DNA of 64,000 bases from an uncultured virus (IMG/VR IMGVR_UViG_3300005461_000343) (taxonomy: Duplodnaviria; Heunggongvirae; Uroviricota; Caudoviricetes), in IMG/VR virus record IMGVR_UViG_3300005461_000343. One strand, 5' to 3'. Under the pieces are notes generated by a model, which worked only from the letters and a program-made list of their open reading frames with translations, ran no database searches and was not told where the DNA came from. This document shows positions 16,762 through 26,047 of the stretch, one piece after another. The first letter of the stretch is position 1, and every line of letters begins with the position of its first letter. The translations under genes and the position numbers were made by a program.

Positions 16762-17674
16762 TATAGGATTATTGGCCGTTGATAGCTCATATCCCAATCT
16801 AGCCTTGATGAAAATAAGCTCATACCACAAGGCTAGAGGCGACACCGTGGATTGGTACAACCCTTTCGATCATTACGATAAGGTCTATATGGCCAAGGTC
16901 TTCGGATTCACTCCGGATTACCGGCAATATATGACTAATTGTGATCAAGTTGAGAAGGGAGGAACCGGTTATGACATAACGAGGAACCTACCTGATGATA
17001 TAGATCGTACATACCCTGATTATAGCATATACGGCATAGAGAAAGAGGCATACGGTTTCTTGACCCGTGGATGCCCCAATAAATGCAAATGGTGTGTCGT
17101 TCCGGCCAAAGAAGGGAACATAACGCCGTATATGGATATAGAGGAAGTGGCCGGAGATCGGAGGCACGTGATCTTAATGGATAACAATATCCTAGCCTCC
17201 GATTATGGTTTACGGCAGATCGAGAAGATCGTATCCATGGGACTAAGGATTGACTTTAATCAGGGTTTGGACGCTAGGCTGATAACGGATGATATCGCCA
17301 GACTTCTAGCGCGGGTTAAATGGATAAAGCGGATACGATTTGGATGTGACACGCCCGGGCAGATAGCCGAGGTCGAGAGGGCGGCTAGGTTGATTGACAA
17401 GCATGGATTTAAAGGCGAGTATTTCCTTTATTGCATACTTATGGAGTTTAAGGAGTCATACCGTAGGGTAAATCACTGGAAAGGCGTAAGCCGTAGATTT
17501 GTACTACATTGCCAGCCATACAGGGATCTTAATAATCCAAACCAAGTCGTACCGCAATGGCAAAAGGACATGGCGCATTGGGCTGACAGGAAAGAGCTAT
17601 ACATGAGTTGCGACTTCAAGGACTTTACCCCGAGAAAAGGTTTTAAATGCAAAGAATATTTTAACAATCAATGA
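16754..17674 (+). CDS. Radical SAM protein
   Basis: TRGCPNKCKWC (CxxxCxxC), DNN and DFNQGLDAR motifs. Confidence 0.85.
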   Translation: MDNIGLLAVDSSYPNLALMKISSYHKARGDTVDWYNPFDHYDKVYMAKVFGFTPDYRQYMTNCDQVEKGGTGYDITRNLPDDIDRTYPDYSIYGIEKEAYGFLTRGCPNKCKWCVVPAKEGNITPYMDIEEVAGDRRHVILMDNNILASDYGLRQIEKIVSMGLRIDFNQGLDARLITDDIARLLARVKWIKRIRFGCDTPGQIAEVERAARLIDKHGFKGEYFLYCILMEFKESYRRVNHWKGVSRRFVLHCQPYRDLNNPNQVVPQWQKDMAHWADRKELYMSCDFKDFTPRKGFKCKEYFNNQ

Positions 17675-17678
17675 TTAT

Positions 17679-18008
17679 ATGAGTTGGGGAATGAACGTCA
17701 GGCAAACCAATGATAACGGAGAGAACACCGTTATTGAGGTCTGGTTCCATGATAATTTTATAGCCTTTCATTATCATGGATGGATAGACAAAAAGCAAAG
17801 GAAGATAGCGGAGAAATGTACACGTCACCGTTATATATGGGGTAAGTACTATGTCGCAATGGAGACAATACTACCCTTCTATGCGGTGAGAAAGTTTCTA
17901 ATGACACCGAAATGCTGGGTTAACTTTATTAAGTGGTTTTATAGGGCTTGGAAATACAATAGGAGGATAAAGTATGAAGAAAATAATGAAAACCATTCAT
18001 GTGTATAG
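17679..18008 (+). CDS. Hypothetical protein
   Basis: Operonic ORF. Confidence 0.45.
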   Translation: MSWGMNVRQTNDNGENTVIEVWFHDNFIAFHYHGWIDKKQRKIAEKCTRHRYIWGKYYVAMETILPFYAVRKFLMTPKCWVNFIKWFYRAWKYNRRIKYEENNENHSCV

Positions 18009-18141
18009 CGAAGGCAAATATATGGGGAATATAATGTACAACCATAGAATTCCCCTGTTCTCAGAGGAGGAACTTGAAGATGAGATATTAAGTTATTTTC
18101 CTAATCTTAAAGGGAAAAGATGGAATTTAAAATTTTGCTAA
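17974..18141 (+). CDS. 55-aa hypothetical protein (not in the ORF track)
   Basis: MKKIMKTIHVYSEGKYMG...YFPNLKGKRWNLKFC. Confidence 0.45.
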   Translation: MKKIMKTIHVYSEGKYMGNIMYNHRIPLFSEEELEDEILSYFPNLKGKRWNLKFC

Positions 18142-18289
18142 TAAATAGAAATCATGAATCAAATTTGCACAACCAAAGAACAATCATCCCGGCTATTAAA
18201 GGCCGGGGAAGCTTGGTATTCATTTCGCCAAAAGTCAGTAAGGTACAATAGTAGAGCTTGTGAAGATATATTGAGGAAAGGAGGATCAA

Positions 18290-18760
18290 ATGCGTGAGAT
18301 TAAATTCAGAGCGAAGCGTATTGATAATAATAAATGGGCGTATGGTGGATTGGTTCAAGCCGACGACTATTGCATTATAGACCAGCAGAATGAACTGTAT
18401 GTTGAGAGAGAGTATAATTTTAGAGGTGATACTCACTTCTTTCAATTGTCTGGAGTTATGTGCGATAAAACAACCGTAGGCCAGTTCACAGGCCGAAAAG
18501 ACAAGAGCAGAAAGGAGATTTACGAGGGGGATTTAATAAAAGCCCCAAGCGGACGTATTTATGCCGTTATATTTTCAACATGGAAACATGAAGAGAAAAG
18601 AGAATTTTTCAAAGTAATTGATTTATACGAACATACAGGATGGTGCATATCCCTAGATGGGGTTAATCCATGCGAACTGCTAGACTCGGAGGTGTGCCAA
18701 GGAAATGTTATAGGCTCAGTGTATGACAATCCCGAACTACTGAAAGGAGGTGAAAAATGA
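18290..18760 (+). CDS. YopX-family protein
   Basis: MREIKFRAK...TVGQFTG.KDK..KEIYEGD...VIGSVYDNPELL. Confidence 0.9.
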   Translation: MREIKFRAKRIDNNKWAYGGLVQADDYCIIDQQNELYVEREYNFRGDTHFFQLSGVMCDKTTVGQFTGRKDKSRKEIYEGDLIKAPSGRIYAVIFSTWKHEEKREFFKVIDLYEHTGWCISLDGVNPCELLDSEVCQGNVIGSVYDNPELLKGGEK

Positions 18761-19146
18761 AAGCAATAACTATTAAACAGCCTTGGGCAAGCCTTATCGT
18801 TTATGGACTGAAAGACATAGAAAATAGGAATTGGAAAACAAGCTACCGAGGGCGTGTCCTAATACACGCTGGAATGAAAGCCGATAATCATTGGTCTGCA
18901 TCTATGACCATATGTAATAAGGTAGATGAGTTTCTTAGAGAAATTTCAAAAAGTGGTACAGATTGGAGCAATTATCATTTTAGCGCAATCATTGGTAGCG
19001 TTGAGATTGTAGATTGTGTTCGTAACCACCCATCGCCATGGGCAGAAAAGGATGTTTGGAATTGGGTACTTGCAAACCCTGTAATGTTTGACAAGCCGAT
19101 AACAGGCGTGAAAGGCAAGCTTTCGTTTTGGGAATTTAAACAATAA
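18757..19146 (+). CDS. ASCH-domain protein
   Basis: KAITIKQPWASLI..GLKDIENR.W.TSYRGRVLIHAG. Confidence 0.9.
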   Translation: MKAITIKQPWASLIVYGLKDIENRNWKTSYRGRVLIHAGMKADNHWSASMTICNKVDEFLREISKSGTDWSNYHFSAIIGSVEIVDCVRNHPSPWAEKDVWNWVLANPVMFDKPITGVKGKLSFWEFKQ

Positions 19147-19191
19147 GTTTTCAATGGAAAGAGATATTGATATGGTAAATATATAAAAGTT

Positions 19192-19494
19192 ATGACAAAA
19201 CAAGAATACCAACAACGATTTCAAGATCTGAATAATCAGATTGAGAAACTAAAACTTGAATACGTAAATTCTCTACCATTCAAAAAGGGGGATTTCGTTC
19301 GGGTAAACAACAAAGGCAAGTATATTGAAGCATATATCGAAGATGTATTTATGCCGATATATGATTTGTCAGGGAATCGATTTAATCTTTTGGTGGAAGA
19401 TAATGAAAATAACGAATATTGCTATGTTATAGCGTATATACAGATTGAAGATATTGAAGTTATAAAAAGAGGAAAAGACAATGAGCAAGATTGA
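19192..19494 (+). CDS. Hypothetical protein
   Basis: ORF with an A-rich start context. Confidence 0.5.
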   Translation: MTKQEYQQRFQDLNNQIEKLKLEYVNSLPFKKGDFVRVNNKGKYIEAYIEDVFMPIYDLSGNRFNLLVEDNENNEYCYVIAYIQIEDIEVIKRGKDNEQD

Positions 19495-19825
19495 TACGGG
19501 GCAGACTGTAGAAGAAGCGGCTCTTGATGCCGCATTATTTGAAGATTATTGCTATAATGAGGATTTACAACCTTACTATATTGAGGGATTCAAGAAGGGT
19601 GCCGAATGGCAGGCAAAGCAATCCCCGTGGGTAAGCGTGAAGGATCGGCTACCGCCACCCGGAGAAGAGGTTCTGTTATTTGATATAAATTCTATAAGAC
19701 ATCTTGTCTTAGGCTGGTTAAGAGAGAATAAAGGATATAATAAAAGTATGTGGGCTTTGTCAAATGGTCATGTTGATGATGAAGACATTACACACTGGAT
19801 GATAATACCTGAAAATTATGGATAA
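19481..19825 (+). CDS. DUF551-like protein
   Basis: WVSVKDRLP...EVL...ITHWM.IPE. Confidence 0.8.
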   Translation: MSKIDTGQTVEEAALDAALFEDYCYNEDLQPYYIEGFKKGAEWQAKQSPWVSVKDRLPPPGEEVLLFDINSIRHLVLGWLRENKGYNKSMWALSNGHVDDEDITHWMIIPENYG

Positions 19826-19988
19826 TTCAATAAAATGCCCATTCTGTCATTCGACTAGATACATAAAGGGATCTTTTCTCTGTGGGTTATATAATTGCAA
19901 ATGTCTAAATTGCGATAAGTTATTTCTGGTCACGGTAAATGATGGTAAAAATATTTATATGATCGAGAAACGTAGCAAAAATGAATAG
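19818..19988 (+). CDS. Small Zn-ribbon protein (not in the ORF track)
   Basis: CPFC...CLNC. Confidence 0.5.
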   Translation: MDNSIKCPFCHSTRYIKGSFLCGLYNCKCLNCDKLFLVTVNDGKNIYMIEKRSKNE

Positions 19989-20029
19989 TATTAACCGAGC
20001 CTACTATGAAGGCTCATAATTTAAAAGAT

Positions 20030-20335
20030 ATGAAACAGATAGATGTAGAGGTCAGTGCTACCATTAGCATGAATTACGATCCGGAATCAGAAGAATTTAA
20101 GGATTCACTTGAAAGTTATCGGGATGCGATAGAGGACGGTGCCAGTGAAGAAGATATGCTCCGGCAGATAGCATGGTACATAACAGCATTCGGTACAGAA
20201 AACATGATAGAGGGTATCGGTTATGTATCTGTGGATGGTGAAAAGAATGGTGATCCAGAAGACTGGTGCGGAGTAGATATCGTGAATAGCCTCAATATAA
20301 ATGATACTCCGGATTTTCAAACAACTATAATTTAA
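20030..20335 (+). CDS. Acidic hypothetical protein
   Basis: ORF; likely start MKQIDVEV at 20030. Confidence 0.55.
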   Translation: MKQIDVEVSATISMNYDPESEEFKDSLESYRDAIEDGASEEDMLRQIAWYITAFGTENMIEGIGYVSVDGEKNGDPEDWCGVDIVNSLNINDTPDFQTTII

Positions 20336-20346
20336 CCTCTAATAAC

Positions 20347-20559
20347 ATGTGCGTACTTATTTACGACGGGGATGTAGAAATACAATCCCCTAAACAACTA
20401 GAGGATCATTTCCCGCAAATCACGAAAATGATCCCAGCGGAAGGGTATGACAATATCATACCAGAATCTTGCCTGTGCCAAGTGGACATAGAGAATACTC
20501 TTGATAGTGCCGGAATAAAGTATATTGAAGATTGCGGGGACTATATAATCATTAAATAA
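20347..20559 (+). CDS. Hypothetical protein
   Basis: Operonic 70-aa ORF. Confidence 0.5.
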   Translation: MCVLIYDGDVEIQSPKQLEDHFPQITKMIPAEGYDNIIPESCLCQVDIENTLDSAGIKYIEDCGDYIIIK

Positions 20560-20575
20560 TAAATAAATTGAAATC

Positions 20576-20646
20576 ATGAGATTAAGACAAGCCAGCATAT
20601 GTATTGGACGGAGGCCGGGAAGAAGTTCATCCTTGATTTGTTATAA
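20576..20646 (+). pseudogene. Deletion scar with an antirepressor (KilAC-like) C-terminal remnant
   Basis: An MRLRQA start is joined out of frame to QHMYWTEAGKKFILDLL* (20593-20646). Confidence 0.5.
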
Positions 20647-20664
20647 CCTTAAAATTTCAGCCTA

Positions 20665-21489
20665 ATGAGAGATAAACCTTTTTATGAGCTGTTATCACGC
20701 ATAGATGATGACAGTTTATTGGCCAACTTTTTCAATAAGGTGTTAGGGAATTTGGATATGGCGAGAATCATATCCGCACCCCGTACTTTTCGTCATAAAG
20801 ATGATGAAAATAGCCGATATTGCATTGATCTTTTTTATGATACATGCTTGTGGGAAATGTATCTTCATCAATTCATATACAAGCTGAATGGATGGATAAA
20901 AACACTGGATGAATACCTGACAGAGTTTAGTGGGAGCTGGAAATATTACGCTTCCTCGAAACGTATCGAGAGCGTTAATGAATATGGCGGCGATGACGAT
21001 GACTATAACGAGGATGGAAGCGTGAAAGTCATGGATATTCCCAATGACAGGCTTGAGCCTTACTCAGTCATAAGGGAGTTGGTCTGTGATGATTGGACAG
21101 ATATAGTTCAAGAGACCATCCCGAAAGATTTGGAGAGGCTATACGGATGCCTACAAGCAGAGGCTAATTTATCCATAGCGGATTTTTTCAAGGACAAAAT
21201 GGGAGTTGATATACCTATGTATCAAAAAGATGACAATGGCAATATGGTTAAGATGGGATTCGCAGACAAAGTATTGCATAAAGCCGCTGAACAAAACAAT
21301 TCAGAGGTCATGGGATCGTATGTATTGTTGGCATGCTATTGTATGCATGATCTTGTCTCCGCCATAAAATCGTTAAATCCATTTGAAGACAACGTGGAGG
21401 CATTGACTAGCGTAAGGAATGACTCAGTGCGGTTTCTATCCATGTCCTTTAGTAATATGGATGTCGTAAAAAAATACATGTCATCATAA
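20665..21489 (+). CDS. Hypothetical protein (274 aa)
   Basis: Long ORF with no recognised motif. Confidence 0.7.
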   Translation: MRDKPFYELLSRIDDDSLLANFFNKVLGNLDMARIISAPRTFRHKDDENSRYCIDLFYDTCLWEMYLHQFIYKLNGWIKTLDEYLTEFSGSWKYYASSKRIESVNEYGGDDDDYNEDGSVKVMDIPNDRLEPYSVIRELVCDDWTDIVQETIPKDLERLYGCLQAEANLSIADFFKDKMGVDIPMYQKDDNGNMVKMGFADKVLHKAAEQNNSEVMGSYVLLACYCMHDLVSAIKSLNPFEDNVEALTSVRNDSVRFLSMSFSNMDVVKKYMSS

Positions 21490-21576
21490 CAGGCACATCA
21501 AGGCCATCTAAATGCAATAGGTTTTGATCAATATGTCAAAACCTATTACTTATATCATATAATTTTATCGCAAAAA

Positions 21577-24123
21577 ATGGAACAGCAAGATATTTCATTA
21601 TCCTACGGGATACACCGTTCTCCATCTATCGGAAACGAGGGGGAATTATCAGAATGTGTAAATTTGATACCCAAGAATGGTGAGTTGGTGAATATACAGC
21701 CTCCGAAAGAATTAGGCATAACCCTTCCGGAAGGATCGGTACTTATGTACGTGCATCGGACAAAGGATTTCCTTCACTATATCTTTTTCCAGACGAATGT
21801 TTTACGTTATGCGGATACGGACGGAACGACCCATCTTATTGGAGCGAACCAATATGACAAAATACCCAAAGCTATCACGTCCATAGGAAACACCTTGATT
21901 GTAATAAGCGAAGATCCTATAAGATATTTACTTTGGGATGGAGAGTTTTATAAGGAATTAGGAGATAAGCCCCCCTTCCCTATCCTGTCATTCGGATTGG
22001 TAGGATCATTGGATAAGACCGAACAATTGTCCGTATCCGTTGATCCTCCCTATGATGGAGCCTTTACGGAAGATCAACTATCAACTATCAGTAATTCCGT
22101 GATGGGATATGTCTCAAAATTTATCAGGGAGAGAAGCGTGGATAGAGGCATGTTTATATATCCGTTCTTTATTCGTTACGCTTATAGACTATATGACGGA
22201 ACGTCTTACATGCAATCAGCCCCGATACTGATGATACCATCGTCCGGAGTAACTCCTCACGTTCCATTTACTATTGATGTGGACACAGACGATTTTGACG
22301 CAAAGATCATTGTAAACTTCATTATATCCTCAGTGGTATGCTCCATTAATTACAAAGTCAGCGGAATGGGGAATCAAAGGGAATGGTGGAAGGACATAGT
22401 TAAAAGCCTTGATATATTCATAACGCCGCCAATATACACCTTTGATTATTATGGGGAGATTAATGGGGCGCAAAAAATATCAGACGATAACGGTTTCGGG
22501 GTGTACTCTATAGGTGGAGGATATTACAATAGGCATACATTCGAGGGAGCCTTATCCATAGCCCTGCCGGGATCAGGTTATACCGATCAATTCGTCTTAC
22601 CCGGAAAGGCCATGGATAATAAGGTGCCGGATAATTCATTGTTTTACAAAGTAGCAAGCATAACGTATGAGGACTTGTGCGGTTATAACGGGGGTGAAAG
22701 ACACTCTCTCACTTTAGAGGATAATGTGCTGGAATCGTTGCAAAATCGAGAGCAACTTGTTGACGCGGACGGGTACCAGAATTTAGATTGGCTAATACCT
22801 GATTATTCCTATACTTATAACCAGCGGTTAAATTTAGCTAATATAAAAAGGATACTATTTGATGGTTATCCTCCGGAGTCCATGGTAACGTACAACGATG
22901 GTAGCAGCACGTTGAGCATAAAGGTTTTCATAAGAGAAGGAGAAAAGGATATCGTCGTTCAAACATCCTCCTCATATAACCTTGGTATCAATTTGCATTA
23001 CCTATATTACCCCAACGCTAACGCATACAAGATGGTGATAACACGGAATTCGGACGGATACCAAGCGATCGTTACCCTCTCTCCGCATAACACGCTGAAC
23101 GGGGCTTACTATTTCGACTCATACGCCCCGATCATATTTAAACCGGGCAGCGATAGCACACCAATATCAACGGACAAGTCGGTCAATATGCCAAACAAGA
23201 TATATACGTCCGAGGTCAATAACCCGTTTTATTTCCCGTTGGCGGGAATAAACACGGTGGGAACCGGTGAGATCGTAGGTATCCGATCCACCACGAAAGC
23301 GCTGTCCCAAGGGCAATTCGGGCAGTTTCCCTTATACGCTTTCTCTTCCGATGGGATATGGGCCTTGCAATTATCGGACGCGGGATTGTATTCCTCCATC
23401 CAACCTATAAGCAGGGATGTTTGCAATAATCCGGATAGTATCACGCAACTGGATTCCTCGATAGTATTCAGTACCGAGCGTGGCCTTAAATTATTGCAAG
23501 GCTCCGATATCAGCCTTTTATCGTCATCGTTGGAAGGAGTAAATATTGATGAGACATTCTTTAATGTCAACCCGGATTTTAGCGATCTTTTCATCCCGGA
23601 CACGGAAACTTTCGTAGAGACATTGCGAACTTGTAAAATTGCCTATGATTATACGAATTCCCTATTGCATATTTATCCCAAAGGGACTAGAAAGCATTAT
23701 GTATATTCTTTGGATACCGGGGAATTCTCCACTTTCGTAGGGGAAGAGGTCAAGGCCATGGCGCAAGATTATCCAAGCTCGGTAGTGCAAATAGGTAACG
23801 CCTTGTACTCACTGGAAAAATATGTCTCGGAAGATACCAGAAAAGGCATAGCGATCACACGTGCCTTGACGTTAGGAGATCCTTTCTCTTTGAAGGTACT
23901 AGTCGATCTTAGGACGTTGGGTTTACGAAAGGATGAGTCCTCAAAAATCAAGATAGCGGTATTCGTAAGCGCGGATAGGAAAAATTGGTCTCGGCTTAAA
24001 TCTCTTAGACAAAGGGCTTTTAAATACTATCGGCTCGTTTATTTCTCAAACCTATATGATTTAGATACATTATCAGGAACCAGAGTAAGATTCGAGACTA
24101 GAAGGGATTGGAGGATGCGTTAA
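21577..24123 (+). CDS. Putative tail nozzle/stabilization protein (beta-rich virion protein)
   Basis: 848 aa with ELSECVNLIP, S..NNPFYFP, GQFGQFPLY.F..DGIWAL and F.TERGL motifs; adjacent to the adaptor and portal genes. Confidence 0.6.
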   Translation: MEQQDISLSYGIHRSPSIGNEGELSECVNLIPKNGELVNIQPPKELGITLPEGSVLMYVHRTKDFLHYIFFQTNVLRYADTDGTTHLIGANQYDKIPKAITSIGNTLIVISEDPIRYLLWDGEFYKELGDKPPFPILSFGLVGSLDKTEQLSVSVDPPYDGAFTEDQLSTISNSVMGYVSKFIRERSVDRGMFIYPFFIRYAYRLYDGTSYMQSAPILMIPSSGVTPHVPFTIDVDTDDFDAKIIVNFIISSVVCSINYKVSGMGNQREWWKDIVKSLDIFITPPIYTFDYYGEINGAQKISDDNGFGVYSIGGGYYNRHTFEGALSIALPGSGYTDQFVLPGKAMDNKVPDNSLFYKVASITYEDLCGYNGGERHSLTLEDNVLESLQNREQLVDADGYQNLDWLIPDYSYTYNQRLNLANIKRILFDGYPPESMVTYNDGSSTLSIKVFIREGEKDIVVQTSSSYNLGINLHYLYYPNANAYKMVITRNSDGYQAIVTLSPHNTLNGAYYFDSYAPIIFKPGSDSTPISTDKSVNMPNKIYTSEVNNPFYFPLAGINTVGTGEIVGIRSTTKALSQGQFGQFPLYAFSSDGIWALQLSDAGLYSSIQPISRDVCNNPDSITQLDSSIVFSTERGLKLLQGSDISLLSSSLEGVNIDETFFNVNPDFSDLFIPDTETFVETLRTCKIAYDYTNSLLHIYPKGTRKHYVYSLDTGEFSTFVGEEVKAMAQDYPSSVVQIGNALYSLEKYVSEDTRKGIAITRALTLGDPFSLKVLVDLRTLGLRKDESSKIKIAVFVSADRKNWSRLKSLRQRAFKYYRLVYFSNLYDLDTLSGTRVRFETRRDWRMR

Positions 24124-24125
24124 AG

Positions 24126-24149
24126 TACCCCTCGGCCTAGCCGGGGGTA
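24126..24149. terminator. Hairpin between convergent genes
   Basis: TACCCCTCGGC-CTA-GCCGGGGGTA. Confidence 0.55.
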
Positions 24150-24153
24150 TATG

Positions 24154-24444
24154 TCATTTTTTTTGCTTGTAACTGGCCGCTACCTTCAACAACTCAATAG
24201 CGGAATTAGTGTTTTTAGCGTCCTCGAACTTTATAGAGGATACCTTTGGTACCACGAACTCACTAGCCTTTAAATAAACAGCGCATTTATCCTTATCCTT
24301 TAGCTTGAGGAAAGCTTTCTTGAACTCTTCCTGATTGTCGATTACGAAATCACGGAAAAAATTCTTTATCTCCGTGTTCTTATTCCGGGTTCCCTTCTCC
24401 CTTCCTCCCATCTTCATGTGACCATTCTCAAAACCTTTTCCCAT
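24154..24444 (-). CDS. Putative terminase small subunit
   Basis: F..GH.K.GGREKGTRNK N-terminus, typical of TerS-like proteins. Confidence 0.6.
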   Translation of the reverse strand: MGKGFENGHMKMGGREKGTRNKNTEIKNFFRDFVIDNQEEFKKAFLKLKDKDKCAVYLKASEFVVPKVSSIKFEDAKNTNSAIELLKVAASYKQKK

Positions 24445-24447
24445 GAT

Positions 24448-24963
24448 TTATAATCTGAAATAAACATCCTTAACCTGTGTCTCCCTTGCCTCGTTTATGA
24501 TATTTCTTCGATCCTCCTCCTTTTGAGAGGCGTACATCTGTACCCTAGATGGATCTACCATCCTATACCAAAAAGATAATACGCTATCAACCACGAAACG
24601 GTGGATATAAACGGCCAATCTCCTCGGATCTCCACGCCATCCTCTTTCCATCACCAAGTTTATGATCCATTCCCTATCATCCTTCACCTCGTCCGTTACG
24701 GCACGGCTCTGAACCCAAGGGGAAAACGCCCGTAAATGGCCGGTAGCCTCCGACAACGCGTCATTCACTTGACGAAACATCCAATCCGCCGTTTCCTCTG
24801 AGGTCTCCAGCCCAGCTCTTTCCTTTCCGGGAAGGCCTGATACATCCCCAACCTTCCATGTCTCGAAATTCACGTCATACTCGATCTCGCACCTCAATAG
24901 CGTTATCGTTAACTCAAATCCACGCATATCGACACGTGGCTGTATGATTTTCCTGTCTCTCAT
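24448..24963 (-). CDS. Putative head-tail adaptor/ring protein
   Basis: Helical protein, similar in pattern to the two upstream genes (IHRFVV...LSFW vs VHKYVV...LWNW vs ALVGY.MMSW). Confidence 0.5.
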   Translation of the reverse strand: MRDRKIIQPRVDMRGFELTITLLRCEIEYDVNFETWKVGDVSGLPGKERAGLETSEETADWMFRQVNDALSEATGHLRAFSPWVQSRAVTDEVKDDREWIINLVMERGWRGDPRRLAVYIHRFVVDSVLSFWYRMVDPSRVQMYASQKEEDRRNIINEARETQVKDVYFRL

Positions 24964-25487
24964 ATTTCTCCTGTTTCTATAATGACATCATCAACAATGA
25001 CATCATCGATATCCTTAAACGGCTTCCTCTTGCACTTTCGCGGGGCTTTCCTTGAATAGGCGGTTTCCTCTATCATGGACGCTATTCCCTTTAACTCCTC
25101 CTCTAGCTTTCCGGCTAGTTCCTCAAAGTAAATCAGGCACCAGTTCCAAAGGACGAACCACACCACGTATTTATGGACCAAGGTCGCCAACGACTCGCCA
25201 TCATATCCTCCACGACGATCCTTCATGCGCAACACCCAATTCACGGCATCGGTATCCAATGAGTCATCCGAATCGCCGGGTATATCCTCCAAGATACCGG
25301 ACAAGGATACCCTCAAGGTCGCCACCGCCTCCTCTATCTTGCGTCTTATAAAAGTATCATCGGCCTCGTTATCATCGGACTGCGAGGAGAATCTTTTACC
25401 GGGATCCTCCTTTCTCATATCTCCCAGCCTCCACGTCCACTGATCTATGTCATGCTTTAAATATGTCCAACCTAGATTTATGTCCAT
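24960..25487 (-). CDS. Putative head-tail adaptor/ring protein
   Basis: Paralog-like to its neighbours; ends with RKAP. Confidence 0.5.
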   Translation of the reverse strand: MDINLGWTYLKHDIDQWTWRLGDMRKEDPGKRFSSQSDDNEADDTFIRRKIEEAVATLRVSLSGILEDIPGDSDDSLDTDAVNWVLRMKDRRGGYDGESLATLVHKYVVWFVLWNWCLIYFEELAGKLEEELKGIASMIEETAYSRKAPRKCKRKPFKDIDDVIVDDVIIETGEI

Positions 25488-25488
25488 A

Positions 25489-25932
25489 TCATGCTTTTTT
25501 TAATAGCGGGGGATTCTTCCTGTATATGTTCTTCACGCACATGACGGACATATCCTCCCACAAAGATTTATAAACCCCTATCCTATCAGGCTTCCGATCG
25601 GAAAGCCAACTCATCATGGAATAACCTACCAGAGCGTCCAACAGGTTCTCGTCCAATTTCCTGTTGACATTCCAACGTGTATCCTCGGTCCTAACCTCCC
25701 ATACGAACCCTTCTTCCGAATAAGCGGAAGAGGTTATTATTTTGGCCATACCTTCTTCAAGAACCCTCGCCGCCTGTTCCAGATATGTTCTTATAAGAGG
25801 CCTGTCCTGTTCCGTTATCTTTATCTTTAGATATAGGCTTTCCCCGCTATCCCCGACGAGATCACGTCCCTCGAAGCTGGATAGCATCTCGCATTTATCT
25901 ATCGCCTTTATATATTCAAACTCATATGTCAT
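25489..25932 (-). CDS. Putative head-tail adaptor/ring protein
   Basis: Paralog-like to its neighbours; ends with YRKNPP. Confidence 0.5.
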   Translation of the reverse strand: MTYEFEYIKAIDKCEMLSSFEGRDLVGDSGESLYLKIKITEQDRPLIRTYLEQAARVLEEGMAKIITSSAYSEEGFVWEVRTEDTRWNVNRKLDENLLDALVGYSMMSWLSDRKPDRIGVYKSLWEDMSVMCVKNIYRKNPPLLKKA

Positions 25933-25947
25933 TTGTGATCCTTTTCT

Positions 25948-25994
25948 GGCAAAAATAGGGCTTTAGGTATGATTATTTTGTTATTTTGGTTATT
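25948..25994 (-). promoter_or_regulatory. Putative late promoter, copy 1
   Basis: GGCAAA...AGGTAT-N5-TTTTGTTATTTTGGTTATT on the plus strand, with the same spacing as the copy at 43412-43458. Confidence 0.6.
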
Positions 25995-26047
25995 CTGACA
26001 AAACCAAGTGCTTTTATTCGATTTATTTGCGATTAAAAAGATCAATC

